Notes: generated from the letters alone by a model not told the origin. DNA of 32,000 nucleotides from Copranaerobaculum intestinale (GCF_009831105.1 NZ_WUUQ01000002.1:630001-662000); one strand, 5' to 3'. Shown: positions 16,337 through 25,179, counted from the first letter of the stretch. Numbers and translations: made by a program.

Positions 16337-17834
16337 CGTATACTCGACGATCCAGCGATTTTGCATTATGTTTAGCTCCATATCCAAACGACGTACAGTT
16401 ATTCAGACTGGCTTCATTGTTTTCATATTTTTCAATCTCGCTGCGCTTAACCAGATAACCGGTTACGCGTACTACATCATTGTCGGCATTATACGCTGTG
16501 AAATAACGCATACCGTTTTCAAATGCACCCTTGATGATATCAAGCAATGCCGGCTGCGTATTATTCCAGGTATCATCCAATTTGAAAATGTCACCGATAC
16601 CGGATACATAATGCTTATGCATGCGAGTCTCTAACGATATATGCTCAAAAAGCTGCGGCTCACATCCAATTGGAATACGCATGCCCGGAGAAATTTCCGG
16701 ACCGTCACAATCAAGACCGACCTGCGCATGCAGAACATAATGGTTATGTGAATTTTCACAGTAAACACCTTCATGCGCGTTCACGATTTCATTCAATTTA
16801 TCATTGATGCGTACCGCTAGATCTTCCGCTTCCTTATTGTGACCGTAGCCCTTCATTTTATCATCGATCTTTAACAGATGATTTACACATTCAGCCATAC
16901 CGACAACACCGAACATGCCGGTAAAATTCTCCCGTTTTACAAATCCTTCTTTCACTAAGAAATTAGATTTGAAGAAATTGGATTCCTCGACAATATATCG
17001 GATTCGCTGATCCATATTTCGTAATAAGATCTCACAGTAATGAGGGAGCACCCGATTGATAAAATCTTCCGGATCATCCGTTTTTAACGATGCGTTGTAT
17101 AAACGAATGCGCGGCAGCGTATAACCGCCGCCTCCCACATGCAGCGCATTGTAGCAGGATGCAATGCCGTACTCCCAATCATTGTCATCCGCGCGGTACA
17201 TAACGTCGTTGGCAAAGCTTGGCTTTGAGGTTGCCAGCATACAGTCAATGCATGCTAACGCGAATTCATCACTGGTGCGCGCTGGATCGTAGATCAGCGT
17301 CAGATTTGGAATCGCCAACTGCATTTCCTTCGTCAAATCCAGAATGATGCGGTTGATACGGGCATCTTCCGGACCGATATTCGCGTGGACAAAAGAGTCC
17401 GTGAGCGTTTTGTCAATATGCTGTAAAAACAGCTTCATCGCCTTGCGCGTTTCAGCCTCATCCTTGTCAAACGGTGCTAACAACTGGGTAAAGTTGCCCA
17501 GCCATACCGGGAAAGAAGTAATGCTTGGTACATTCTTATACATGATCAGCAATGCATTGGTTGCCTCCCAGATATCCGTCGGCGGATCCAATTCCAGAGT
17601 CTTGCTTCCTTTTTCCATTAAAATACGATAATCCGGCAGAATATAGCGCGGGCGATACGGCGCCAACCCTTCTCCTAGATCACAAAGAATCTGTTCTTCA
17701 AGTGCTTCGACAAATTCTTTATCACGCGGCAGCGATGTATCGTATTCCTCGGCCAATCGAGCCAGGTTTAACAGCTGCTGCTGATATGTCATTGTCGGAT
17801 TACTGACAATATCATGCACTCTCGTCATCTTCAT
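16317..17834 (-). CDS. yjjI: YjjI-family glycyl-radical enzyme (DUF3029), substrate unknown
   Basis: 505 aa, short for a glycyl-radical enzyme. C-terminal glycyl-radical fingerprint VVRVTGYLV, with the Gly codon at 16458..16460. It is followed immediately by its activase. The ATG at 17834 or 17828 lies inside the last codons of ftsK. Confidence 0.85.
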   Translation of the reverse strand: MKMTRVHDIVSNPTMTYQQQLLNLARLAEEYDTSLPRDKEFVEALEEQILCDLGEGLAPYRPRYILPDYRILMEKGSKTLELDPPTDIWEATNALLIMYKNVPSITSFPVWLGNFTQLLAPFDKDEAETRKAMKLFLQHIDKTLTDSFVHANIGPEDARINRIILDLTKEMQLAIPNLTLIYDPARTSDEFALACIDCMLATSKPSFANDVMYRADDNDWEYGIASCYNALHVGGGGYTLPRIRLYNASLKTDDPEDFINRVLPHYCEILLRNMDQRIRYIVEESNFFKSNFLVKEGFVKRENFTGMFGVVGMAECVNHLLKIDDKMKGYGHNKEAEDLAVRINDKLNEIVNAHEGVYCENSHNHYVLHAQVGLDCDGPEISPGMRIPIGCEPQLFEHISLETRMHKHYVSGIGDIFKLDDTWNNTQPALLDIIKGAFENGMRYFTAYNADNDVVRVTGYLVKRSEIEKYENNEASLNNCTSFGYGAKHNAKSLDRRVYDESSHQ

Positions 17835-20211
17835 CCATCCTTTCGTTTTTCATATATACCTCACGCGGTTTACTGCCGCGGGACGGTCCGATAATACCCC
17901 GTTCTTCCAAGACATCGATCAGGCGCGCTGCCCTAGAATAACCGATGCTGAATTTACGCTGAATCAAGGACGTGCTGGCCTTACGGCTCTCCACAACGAA
18001 TTCCTTTACTTCATCATACAACGGATCGCTGAAATTGTCATGCATTCCGCTTCCATTATCCAAAACTTCTAACCGCACGAACGCATCATCGAATTTCGGA
18101 CGTCCCTGAGCGCTTACATAATCGGTAATGGAATTCACTTCATCATCACTGACAAAGACGCCCTGTGCCCGAACTGCATTTTGTTCGCCGACCGGAATAT
18201 ACAGCATATCACCATTGCCCAGCAGCTTCTCTGCCCCAACTTGATCCAAGATGGTACGGGAATCCACAGCACTGGATACCGCAAAGGCGATCCGCGAAGG
18301 AATATTCGCTTTGATAATACCGGTGATCACATCAACGCTTGGCCGCTGGGTCGCTACGATCAAATGAATACCGGCTGCCCGAGCCAGCTGTGTGATCCGC
18401 TGGATACTGGACTCAACATCCTTCGCCGCAACCAGCATTAAATCCGCAAGCTCGTCGATGATCACAACCACCCATGGCATTTTGGAAAGTCCCTCTTCCG
18501 GATGCTCCTCAATATATGCATTGTATCCGCTGATATTACGAACGCCGGCTTGCGAAAATAATTCGTAGCGATTGTCCATCATATTCACAACCACCTTCAG
18601 TGCGCGTGAAGCCTCTTCTCCATCGGTGATGACCGGCCCTAAAAGATGCGGAATCTGCCGATAAGGGGTGAACTCAACTTTTTTCGGATCAACCAAAAGC
18701 AGCTTGACTTCATCCGGTTTTGCCCGCATCAAAATCGACGTGATGATGGAATTGACACAGACGCTCTTTCCGCTGCCGGTAGCACCGGCGATCAATAGAT
18801 GCGGCATTTTATTCAGCTCTCCGTAAATATTGTTTCCCATCAAATCTTTACCAAGCACAAACATCAGTTTTTTATTATCATATTTAGCCGGTACGGTTCG
18901 CATGAGTTCTTTCATCATGACCGTCGTTTTTTCAATATTTGGAATTTCAATGCCGACAGCTGATTTGCCGGGGATTGGTGCTTCGATACGGATATCCTTA
19001 GCTGCCAGAGCCATTTTGATATCGTACTGAAGATTACTGATTTTATGTACTCGTACCCCCAGATCCGGCTTTACTTCAAACTTTGTAACACTCGGCCCGA
19101 TGTGCGTGCCGACCAGAGTCGCCTTCACACCGAATTGATCGAGAATTTCAATCAAGCGTTTGCCTTGAGCCGAAGCAGCATTTAAATTGGCCGTACTTTT
19201 ATTTCGCTTGCCAATATCATTTAATAGACTGATACGGGGCAGGCGGTAATTCTTATAATCATCCTGAAAGCTGCTGACAAAGGTATCCTTCTGACCAATC
19301 GTCTGATCGATGACAGCCTGCTTTTTTGTTTGAGATGACTCATCAGCATGCATGAGCTGCGGCTCTTTTTCCTGTGGTTTATCCAACTCCATGATGTCAT
19401 CAACATCCAAAAACATAAAGCGCTGAGTACCGTCCGGTGCACTCTCTAAAGGAATATCAAATTCATCCTCCGCCGGTTCCTCATCAGCTTGGATGCGGCC
19501 AAACAGTGCGGCTCGGTGTTTCGGCTTCGGTTTTTCTTCCAGATCGATCATCTTGAATTCAGATTCCAAATTCTCCTTATCGTCCGCTTCTTCAGATTCT
19601 TCCTGAGCCTTTTTTTTCTCCCTTCGTTTTTCACGCATCTGCTGAAACGGTGAAAGCATTTTATCCTTCATTGCCGTCAGCTTTTCTATCATATTCTTAT
19701 TGACCAGCACTATGATACTTAAAATAACCATGGCAAAAATAATGATATACGTGCCGGTGCGATCAAATAGGGCTGAGGTGATCGTATAAAGAATCGCTCC
19801 GATCAAGCCGCCCTGCGCCGGCAGCTCACCTTTGAAAATAGCGCCGGAATTACTCAAATAATAATTTACAACATCCATGCCCTTTAAGGCTTCATCCTTG
19901 GGGATCGCCGCCAGCAGCAGCCATGCGCAAAGCAGAACCGCAAGTCCGATCGTCTGTTTCAGCGGTAATTCCTGCAGGCTTTTTTTCAGCATCATCATAA
20001 AACTGATGATGATGACGCACGCGTAAAAGATACCGTACATATTTCCGAAAATATACTGCACGATATTCGTTGTAATCTGTCCCACCGGACCGATTTTCAA
20101 CAATCCGATGATCGATAAGGCAATCAGGACCAACGCATAGATATACATGAGAATTTCATTCTCGACGGCCTGTTTATCCTTTTGATTTTTACGCGATTTG
20201 CTTTTCGCCAT
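17812..20211 (-). CDS. ftsK: DNA translocase FtsK/SpoIIIE
   Basis: 799 aa. N-terminal TM segments, an acidic/low-complexity linker, a motor domain (LLIAGATGSGKSV Walker A; VVVIIDELADL Walker B) and a gamma winged-helix domain (SLIQRKFSIGYSRAARLID). Confidence 0.95.
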   Translation of the reverse strand: MAKSKSRKNQKDKQAVENEILMYIYALVLIALSIIGLLKIGPVGQITTNIVQYIFGNMYGIFYACVIIISFMMMLKKSLQELPLKQTIGLAVLLCAWLLLAAIPKDEALKGMDVVNYYLSNSGAIFKGELPAQGGLIGAILYTITSALFDRTGTYIIIFAMVILSIIVLVNKNMIEKLTAMKDKMLSPFQQMREKRREKKKAQEESEEADDKENLESEFKMIDLEEKPKPKHRAALFGRIQADEEPAEDEFDIPLESAPDGTQRFMFLDVDDIMELDKPQEKEPQLMHADESSQTKKQAVIDQTIGQKDTFVSSFQDDYKNYRLPRISLLNDIGKRNKSTANLNAASAQGKRLIEILDQFGVKATLVGTHIGPSVTKFEVKPDLGVRVHKISNLQYDIKMALAAKDIRIEAPIPGKSAVGIEIPNIEKTTVMMKELMRTVPAKYDNKKLMFVLGKDLMGNNIYGELNKMPHLLIAGATGSGKSVCVNSIITSILMRAKPDEVKLLLVDPKKVEFTPYRQIPHLLGPVITDGEEASRALKVVVNMMDNRYELFSQAGVRNISGYNAYIEEHPEEGLSKMPWVVVIIDELADLMLVAAKDVESSIQRITQLARAAGIHLIVATQRPSVDVITGIIKANIPSRIAFAVSSAVDSRTILDQVGAEKLLGNGDMLYIPVGEQNAVRAQGVFVSDDEVNSITDYVSAQGRPKFDDAFVRLEVLDNGSGMHDNFSDPLYDEVKEFVVESRKASTSLIQRKFSIGYSRAARLIDVLEERGIIGPSRGSKPREVYMKNERMDEDDESA

Positions 20212-20232
20212 GAAACCCCTCCAAAGCTGTTG

Positions 20233-21891
20233 CTAGACGTTCATCTCCATAATAACCGGCAGGACCATCGGGCGCTTTCCGGTTTCCTTCATCAGATATT
20301 TTGAAATCTTGTCACGGGCTTCACCACGGGCGCCAAGATTATCATAGCGTTTTTCTTTTACCGCTGCCTGCACTGTCTCTTCCATCAGCCGTCCGACCTC
20401 TTTAATGATATAATCAGCATCCTTCAGATAAATCAGCCCGCGGGTCTGTACATCCGGTCCGGCAATTATTTTCTTATTTTTATAGTTTAATGCGATACCG
20501 ATGATCATAACCCCATCCGTAGACAGCATTTCCCGATCTTTTAAAACGACACCGGTAACATCCCAGTTCTCCTTGCCGTCGATCAGCGTTTCTTCCAGTT
20601 CCAAATGCTGAGCGACACTTACCAAGGACTTATTCTCAAACTGTGCGATTTGACCATTGTCCAATACGACGATCTTATCCGGCTTATACCCCATCTTTGT
20701 TGCCAGATTCGCATTGGCGATCAAGTGGCGATATTCGCCCTTGATTGGAATGTAATAACGCGGCTTAAACAAATACAGCATCATTTTCAAATCTTCACTG
20801 GATGGATGCATGGAAAGCACTGTTTTTGAATTTAACGAAAAGATACGGCCGCCTTCCTTATAGATTTCATTTTCCATAATACTGGCATCCATTTCCGTTC
20901 CGCTCACCACCGGTGATGTCATAATAATCGTATCGCTGGGACGGAAGCTGACATAAGAGTCCTCATGGTTTGCGATATTGGACATGGTGCGGAATAAATT
21001 CTTGCCGCTGCCGCTGATCAATACCACAACATCTTCCATTTCATCCTTAAAATTCTGACGCATCACTTCCATCTCTCTCGGTACTTTATAATAACCCATG
21101 ATTTCCATATGCTTCAGCATGTTACGCAGTTCATCATCGTGAAAAAATATCTTCTTATTGAATTTTTTCACCAAATCGATGATTTCAATCACCCGAAACA
21201 AACTCTGTCGGTATGCGGATATCAAAATTCTTCCCTGCGCCTGTTCAAATATCGGTTCAATGTACGATGTGACCCGATGATGCGGTGAAGTATGACCAGG
21301 TTGATCTGCCCCGATACTCTCACATAAAAGTGCCAAAACGCCGCGCTTTCCAATGTCTGACAGTTCATTCAGATCACATAGATACTCCTTTGAAAGCATA
21401 TCATAATCAATAATAAATTCTCCGGTATAAACGACATATCCCTGATCGGTGCCGATAGCAATGCCAAAATTATCCGGCATTGCATGCGTCATGCCGAACG
21501 TGCGAACCTGTACCCCGCCGATCGTCTGTCGGCTTGTACGTTTCAGCTTATGTACCTTTACATCACGAATCTTTTCTTTTTTCAGCATATCATAAATTAA
21601 ATTTGCCGTCAGTGCTCCGGAATATACCGGCGCTTTCACCTGTTTTAACAGATACGGCAAAGCAGCCATGACATCATCATGGGCATGAGTAATAAAAATT
21701 CCCTGAATACGATCCTTATTCTCAATTAAATAGCTGAAATCCGGAATGATAAATTCCACTCCCAGCGTTTCTGAATCCGGATATTTTAATCCGGCCTCAA
21801 TCACAAAAATGGCCTGATTCACTTCTACAACGGTCATATTCTTACCGTTCTCGTCCAAACCACCAAGTGCAAAAATACGAACTTGGTCCAT
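20233..21891 (-). CDS. rnjB: Ribonuclease J family protein, J2/RnjB-like paralogue with substituted metal ligands
   Basis: 552 aa with beta-lactamase/beta-CASP/C-terminal domain layout. Alignable by eye to the B. subtilis RNase J1 sequence as I recall it. Motif II reads THAHDDV instead of THGHEDH. Sits upstream of ftsK, as B. subtilis rnjB (ymfA) is near spoIIIE. Confidence 0.85.
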   Translation of the reverse strand: MDQVRIFALGGLDENGKNMTVVEVNQAIFVIEAGLKYPDSETLGVEFIIPDFSYLIENKDRIQGIFITHAHDDVMAALPYLLKQVKAPVYSGALTANLIYDMLKKEKIRDVKVHKLKRTSRQTIGGVQVRTFGMTHAMPDNFGIAIGTDQGYVVYTGEFIIDYDMLSKEYLCDLNELSDIGKRGVLALLCESIGADQPGHTSPHHRVTSYIEPIFEQAQGRILISAYRQSLFRVIEIIDLVKKFNKKIFFHDDELRNMLKHMEIMGYYKVPREMEVMRQNFKDEMEDVVVLISGSGKNLFRTMSNIANHEDSYVSFRPSDTIIMTSPVVSGTEMDASIMENEIYKEGGRIFSLNSKTVLSMHPSSEDLKMMLYLFKPRYYIPIKGEYRHLIANANLATKMGYKPDKIVVLDNGQIAQFENKSLVSVAQHLELEETLIDGKENWDVTGVVLKDREMLSTDGVMIIGIALNYKNKKIIAGPDVQTRGLIYLKDADYIIKEVGRLMEETVQAAVKEKRYDNLGARGEARDKISKYLMKETGKRPMVLPVIMEMNV

Positions 21892-22097
21892 AGTTTACCT
21901 CCTAATTGATATTATCCTGATTATTTCATCTATGGTAACAGCCTGTGCTGTTTTCTAGTTAAAACTCACTGGTGTTATTATACACTGATCTTATCAAAAA
22001 AGACATAAAAAAGCAAAGAAAAAACTTGCTACAGGCATCAGTATGCAGGAACCGGTGATCTTCCGCTTTTGTGAAAGGTCTTGCTTTTTCGAAATTA

Positions 22098-22106
22098 TGC
22101 TATAAT
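22098..22106 (+). promoter_or_regulatory. Putative extended -10 promoter of the HExxH membrane protein gene
   Basis: TGCTATAAT (TGn + TATAAT) lies 35 nt upstream of the ATG. SD AAAGAGGAA at 22126..22134. Confidence 0.45.
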
Positions 22107-22140
22107 GAAGTCAAGATCATAAAAAAAGAGGAATAGATAT

Positions 22141-23283
22141 ATGAAAAAGACAAAACTGCTTCTTTACTATTTGCTCTATCTGGTGCTTGGCGTTTTGGTC
22201 GGACTGCTTTCACCGATTTTGCTGAAGGCTACCCTCAATCAGGAAACCTTTTCTAAAACGGATGGAAATATGTTTTTTTTACTTGCTGTAAGCTTCTTAG
22301 TCAGTTGGGTTCTAGGGGTCATGATTCATGAGGCAGGACATCTGACAGCGGGACTTTTGAGTCATTACCGCTTTATATCCTATCGATTTTATTCCATAAC
22401 GATCACCCATTCAAATTCCGGATGGGAATGCCGATACTATAAGATGCCGGGAACTTCCGGCCAGTGTCTGATGGAGCCAACCCTGCCCTGTGACCAGCAG
22501 CCCTGTCTGCTGTATCACGCCGGCGGCGTCCTCGCAAATCTGCTGGCAGCTGCGCTTTGCATCCTGCTGATGTATATGTTAAAGCCGCAGACCTTTTTGT
22601 TTCAAAGCATGCTCTTCATAATGATCATCTTTAACATGCTGATAGCATTCAGCAACGGCATTCCATTATCCAATCAGGGTTTAAGCAATGACGGATATAA
22701 TTTTTTAACCAGCAGACGCGATAAAGAATACCGGCAGTATCTGTGCAACGCCTTAAAAATCCAAGCTAAACTCACCAAGGGAGAAGCAATGCATTCAATA
22801 CCGGAATCATATTTCAAGCTGCCCGAACATTTGGATTACACCAAATATTATCATTTTGAAGCGATTCTGAACCTGATCAGCTATAAACAGAGCTGCGGTC
22901 AAATTGATGATGCCAAAGCGTTGGTGCAGTCACTTGTTCCCTATGAAGAAAAAATGGGTTATTTTCGATTCCTCTATCTCTATGAAAAGCTCTATTATCA
23001 ACTGATGGATGGTGATGTTGAACAAGTTAAAGCTGCGCTTCATGAAAAAGCCGTTCGGCGATATTTGAAAAAGATGAAAAAGATGCCGCCCACGCTCCGG
23101 CTGTATATGGGTGAAGCCCTTTATCTGAATCACGATCCATTGCAGGCTGAGACCTATTATAAACAAGCCAGGGCTATGCAGCCCAAATACGCAGTACCGG
23201 GAATATGCCAGCTTGAGCTTCAGCTGATGGATGCCATGCTTCAAGATCAAAAAGGCAATCAAGCAGCTTCTGTTCAGGAATAA
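22141..23283 (+). CDS. Membrane-embedded HExxH metalloprotease-like protein (site-2 protease/M50-like core) with a C-terminal helical-repeat (TPR-like) domain
   Basis: 380 aa with about 4-5 TM helices. HEAGH lies at a TM boundary, and a second motif NGIPLSNQGLSNDGYN resembles the S2P NxxPxxxxDG ligand motif. The C-terminal ~190 aa is soluble, helix-rich and Y/L/K-rich. Confidence 0.6.
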   Translation: MKKTKLLLYYLLYLVLGVLVGLLSPILLKATLNQETFSKTDGNMFFLLAVSFLVSWVLGVMIHEAGHLTAGLLSHYRFISYRFYSITITHSNSGWECRYYKMPGTSGQCLMEPTLPCDQQPCLLYHAGGVLANLLAAALCILLMYMLKPQTFLFQSMLFIMIIFNMLIAFSNGIPLSNQGLSNDGYNFLTSRRDKEYRQYLCNALKIQAKLTKGEAMHSIPESYFKLPEHLDYTKYYHFEAILNLISYKQSCGQIDDAKALVQSLVPYEEKMGYFRFLYLYEKLYYQLMDGDVEQVKAALHEKAVRRYLKKMKKMPPTLRLYMGEALYLNHDPLQAETYYKQARAMQPKYAVPGICQLELQLMDAMLQDQKGNQAASVQE

Positions 23284-23314
23284 AAAAACACGATCATGCT
23301 AATCGTGTTTTTTA
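23282..23314. terminator. Bidirectional rho-independent terminator (convergent genes)
   Basis: AAAAAA-ACACGAT-catgcta-ATCGTGT-TTTTTT. Confidence 0.8.
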
Positions 23315-23323
23315 TTACTTATA

Positions 23324-24325
23324 TTATTTGTTAAGTCCTTCTGCTACCGCTACCGCTACCGCAACGCTGGCGCCAACCATCGGATTGTTGCCCATACCGA
23401 TCAGCCCCATCATTTCTACGTGAGCAGGTACTGAAGAAGAGCCGGCAAACTGCGCATCGGAATGCATACGTCCCATGGTGTCGGTCATACCATAAGAAGC
23501 AGGTCCGGCAGCCATGTTGTCCGGATGCAGCGTACGGCCGGTTCCGCCGCCAGATGCAACCGAGAAGTATTTTTTGCCCTGTTCAATACATTCTTTTTTA
23601 TACGTACCGGCAACCGGATGCTGGAAACGCGTTGGGTTTGTTGAATTTCCGGTGATGGATACATCAACGCCCTCACTGTGCATAACGGCAACACCTTCAC
23701 GCACATCGTCAACACCATAGCAGTTAACCGCTGCTCTTTCTCCTTTTGAGTAAGCGGTTCTTGATAATACCTGTAATTCACCTGTGAAGTAATCAAATTT
23801 TGTTTCCACATAAGTAAATCCATTGATGCGGGAAATAATTTTAGCGGCATCCTTGCCCAAACCGTTCAGGATTACACGCAGCGGTTCTTTCCGTGCCTTA
23901 TTGGCATTGCGGGCAATACCGATAGCACCTTCTGCCGCAGCGAAGCTTTCATGTCCGGCTAAGAACGCAAAGCATTTTGTTTCATCGCTCAGCAGCATTG
24001 CTGCCAGGTTACCGTGTCCGATACCAACCTTGCGGTCATCGGCAACACTGCCTGGGATACAGAAAGCCTGTAAGCCTTCACCCAGTGATTTCGCAACTTC
24101 ATAAGCTGTTTTATCACCCTTTTTAATAGCAATCGCAGCGCCGGCGATATATGCCCAGCATGCATTCTCAAAACAGATTGGCTGAATACCTTTTACGATA
24201 CCGGCAACATCTACACCGATTTCATCGCACAGCGTTTTCGCTTCTTCAATAGAAGAAATACCATATGAGTTTAAAACTTTATTGATTGTATCGATACGTC
24301 TTTCGTAACTTTCAAATAATGCCAT
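23324..24325 (-). CDS. GGGtGRT-motif protein (uncharacterised family)
   Basis: 333 aa. Contains the literal motif ...FSVASGGGTGRTLHPDN... and a Gly/Met-rich C-terminus (MMGLIGMGNNPMVGASVAVAVAVAEG). I chose the ATG at 24325, 7 nt after AGGAGG. That SD overlaps the stop codon of the upstream gene. Confidence 0.85.
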   Translation of the reverse strand: MALFESYERRIDTINKVLNSYGISSIEEAKTLCDEIGVDVAGIVKGIQPICFENACWAYIAGAAIAIKKGDKTAYEVAKSLGEGLQAFCIPGSVADDRKVGIGHGNLAAMLLSDETKCFAFLAGHESFAAAEGAIGIARNANKARKEPLRVILNGLGKDAAKIISRINGFTYVETKFDYFTGELQVLSRTAYSKGERAAVNCYGVDDVREGVAVMHSEGVDVSITGNSTNPTRFQHPVAGTYKKECIEQGKKYFSVASGGGTGRTLHPDNMAAGPASYGMTDTMGRMHSDAQFAGSSSVPAHVEMMGLIGMGNNPMVGASVAVAVAVAEGLNK

Positions 24326-24336
24326 GATCATTCCTC

Positions 24337-25029
24337 CTATTCGTGTCTCGGGTCGATGTATTTAACTGCATCAGCATAGCGACCATACGTTTTCTTTGCA
24401 TTGTTCAGTGCTTCTTCTGGGTTTGTACCTTTTTTTACAGCATCCATAAATACACCCATATTTACATATTCATAGCCGATAATTTCATCATTTGCATCCA
24501 GCCCCAGCTGCAGGATATAGCCTTCTGCCAGATCCAGATAACGAGGACCTTTTAGCTTTGTAGAATAAACCGTACCAACCTGAGAACGAGTTCCCTTGCC
24601 CAGATCCTCAAGACCTGCACCTACCGGAAGCCCATTTTCCGAGAAGGCAGACTGACTGCGGCCATATACGATCTGCAAGAACAATTCACGCATTGCCGTA
24701 TTGATCGCATCACATACCAGATCGGTATTCAATGCTTCTAACAGCGTCTTGCCGACGATCGCCTCAGAAGCCATAGCAGCCGAATGTGTCATACCGGAAC
24801 ATCCGATTGTTTCGATCAGCGCTTCCTCAATAATACCTTCCTTGATATTTAATGTCAGTTTGCAGGCACCCTGCTGTGGAGCACACCATCCAATACCGTG
24901 TGTCAAACCAGAGATGTCTTTGATTTCTTTAGAGTACACCCATTTTCCTTCTTCAGGAATCGGCGCACAGCCATGGCTGGCACCGCATTTTACAGTGCAC
25001 ATGTTTTCAACTTCTTTTGAATAAATCAT
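24337..25029 (-). CDS. IscU/NifU-N-like Fe-S scaffold-type protein with extra N-terminal Cys cluster and C-terminal extension
   Basis: 230 aa from the ATG at 25029 (SD AAAGGAG, 7-nt spacer). IscU-like Cys positions: WCAPQQGAC, IGCSGMTHSAAM, LVCDAIN. Additional CTVKCGASHGC. About 100 aa of C-terminal sequence has no motif I recognise. Confidence 0.8.
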   Translation of the reverse strand: MIYSKEVENMCTVKCGASHGCAPIPEEGKWVYSKEIKDISGLTHGIGWCAPQQGACKLTLNIKEGIIEEALIETIGCSGMTHSAAMASEAIVGKTLLEALNTDLVCDAINTAMRELFLQIVYGRSQSAFSENGLPVGAGLEDLGKGTRSQVGTVYSTKLKGPRYLDLAEGYILQLGLDANDEIIGYEYVNMGVFMDAVKKGTNPEEALNNAKKTYGRYADAVKYIDPRHE

Positions 25030-25172
25030 GTCATTTCTCCTTTCCCGCATCGTCATGATAGATTTACCGGCTGCTGATGAAATGTTCATCACAGCCGTTT
25101 TACGGAAATGCTTACCATTTCCATAGGCATCGCATATGTGGAATTGACAATTTCTTCACAAAACGAATCCTA
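25030..25172 (-). promoter_or_regulatory. Structured 5' leader (~140 nt) of the NifU-like/GGGtGRT operon; class unknown
   Basis: In the RNA sense there are three elements. CGUUUU (25165..25160) pairs with AAAACG (25101..25096) and encloses hairpin GGAAAUG-GUAAG-CAUUUCC (25122..25104). A 12-bp hairpin GGCUGUGAUGAA-CAU-UUCAUCAGCAGCC (25096..25069) follows. The leader has no U-tract. Confidence 0.35.
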
Positions 25173-25179
25173 CCTTTTG

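Noticed and set aside
17812-22140. Searched around ftsK/rnjB and the neighbouring intergenic regions for a dif-like XerCD site or DnaA boxes
   Set aside because: I found no convincing match to the recalled Bacillus dif (ACTTCCTAGAATATATATTATGTAAACT), to streptococcal difSL, or to TTATCCACA. The eye-scan was not exhaustive, so absence is not proven.
23343-23367. Hexanucleotide tandem repeat (GCTACC)x3
   Set aside because: It lies in-frame inside the GGGtGRT gene and simply encodes the VAVAVAVA tail. With only three units, it shows no sign of being a contingency locus.
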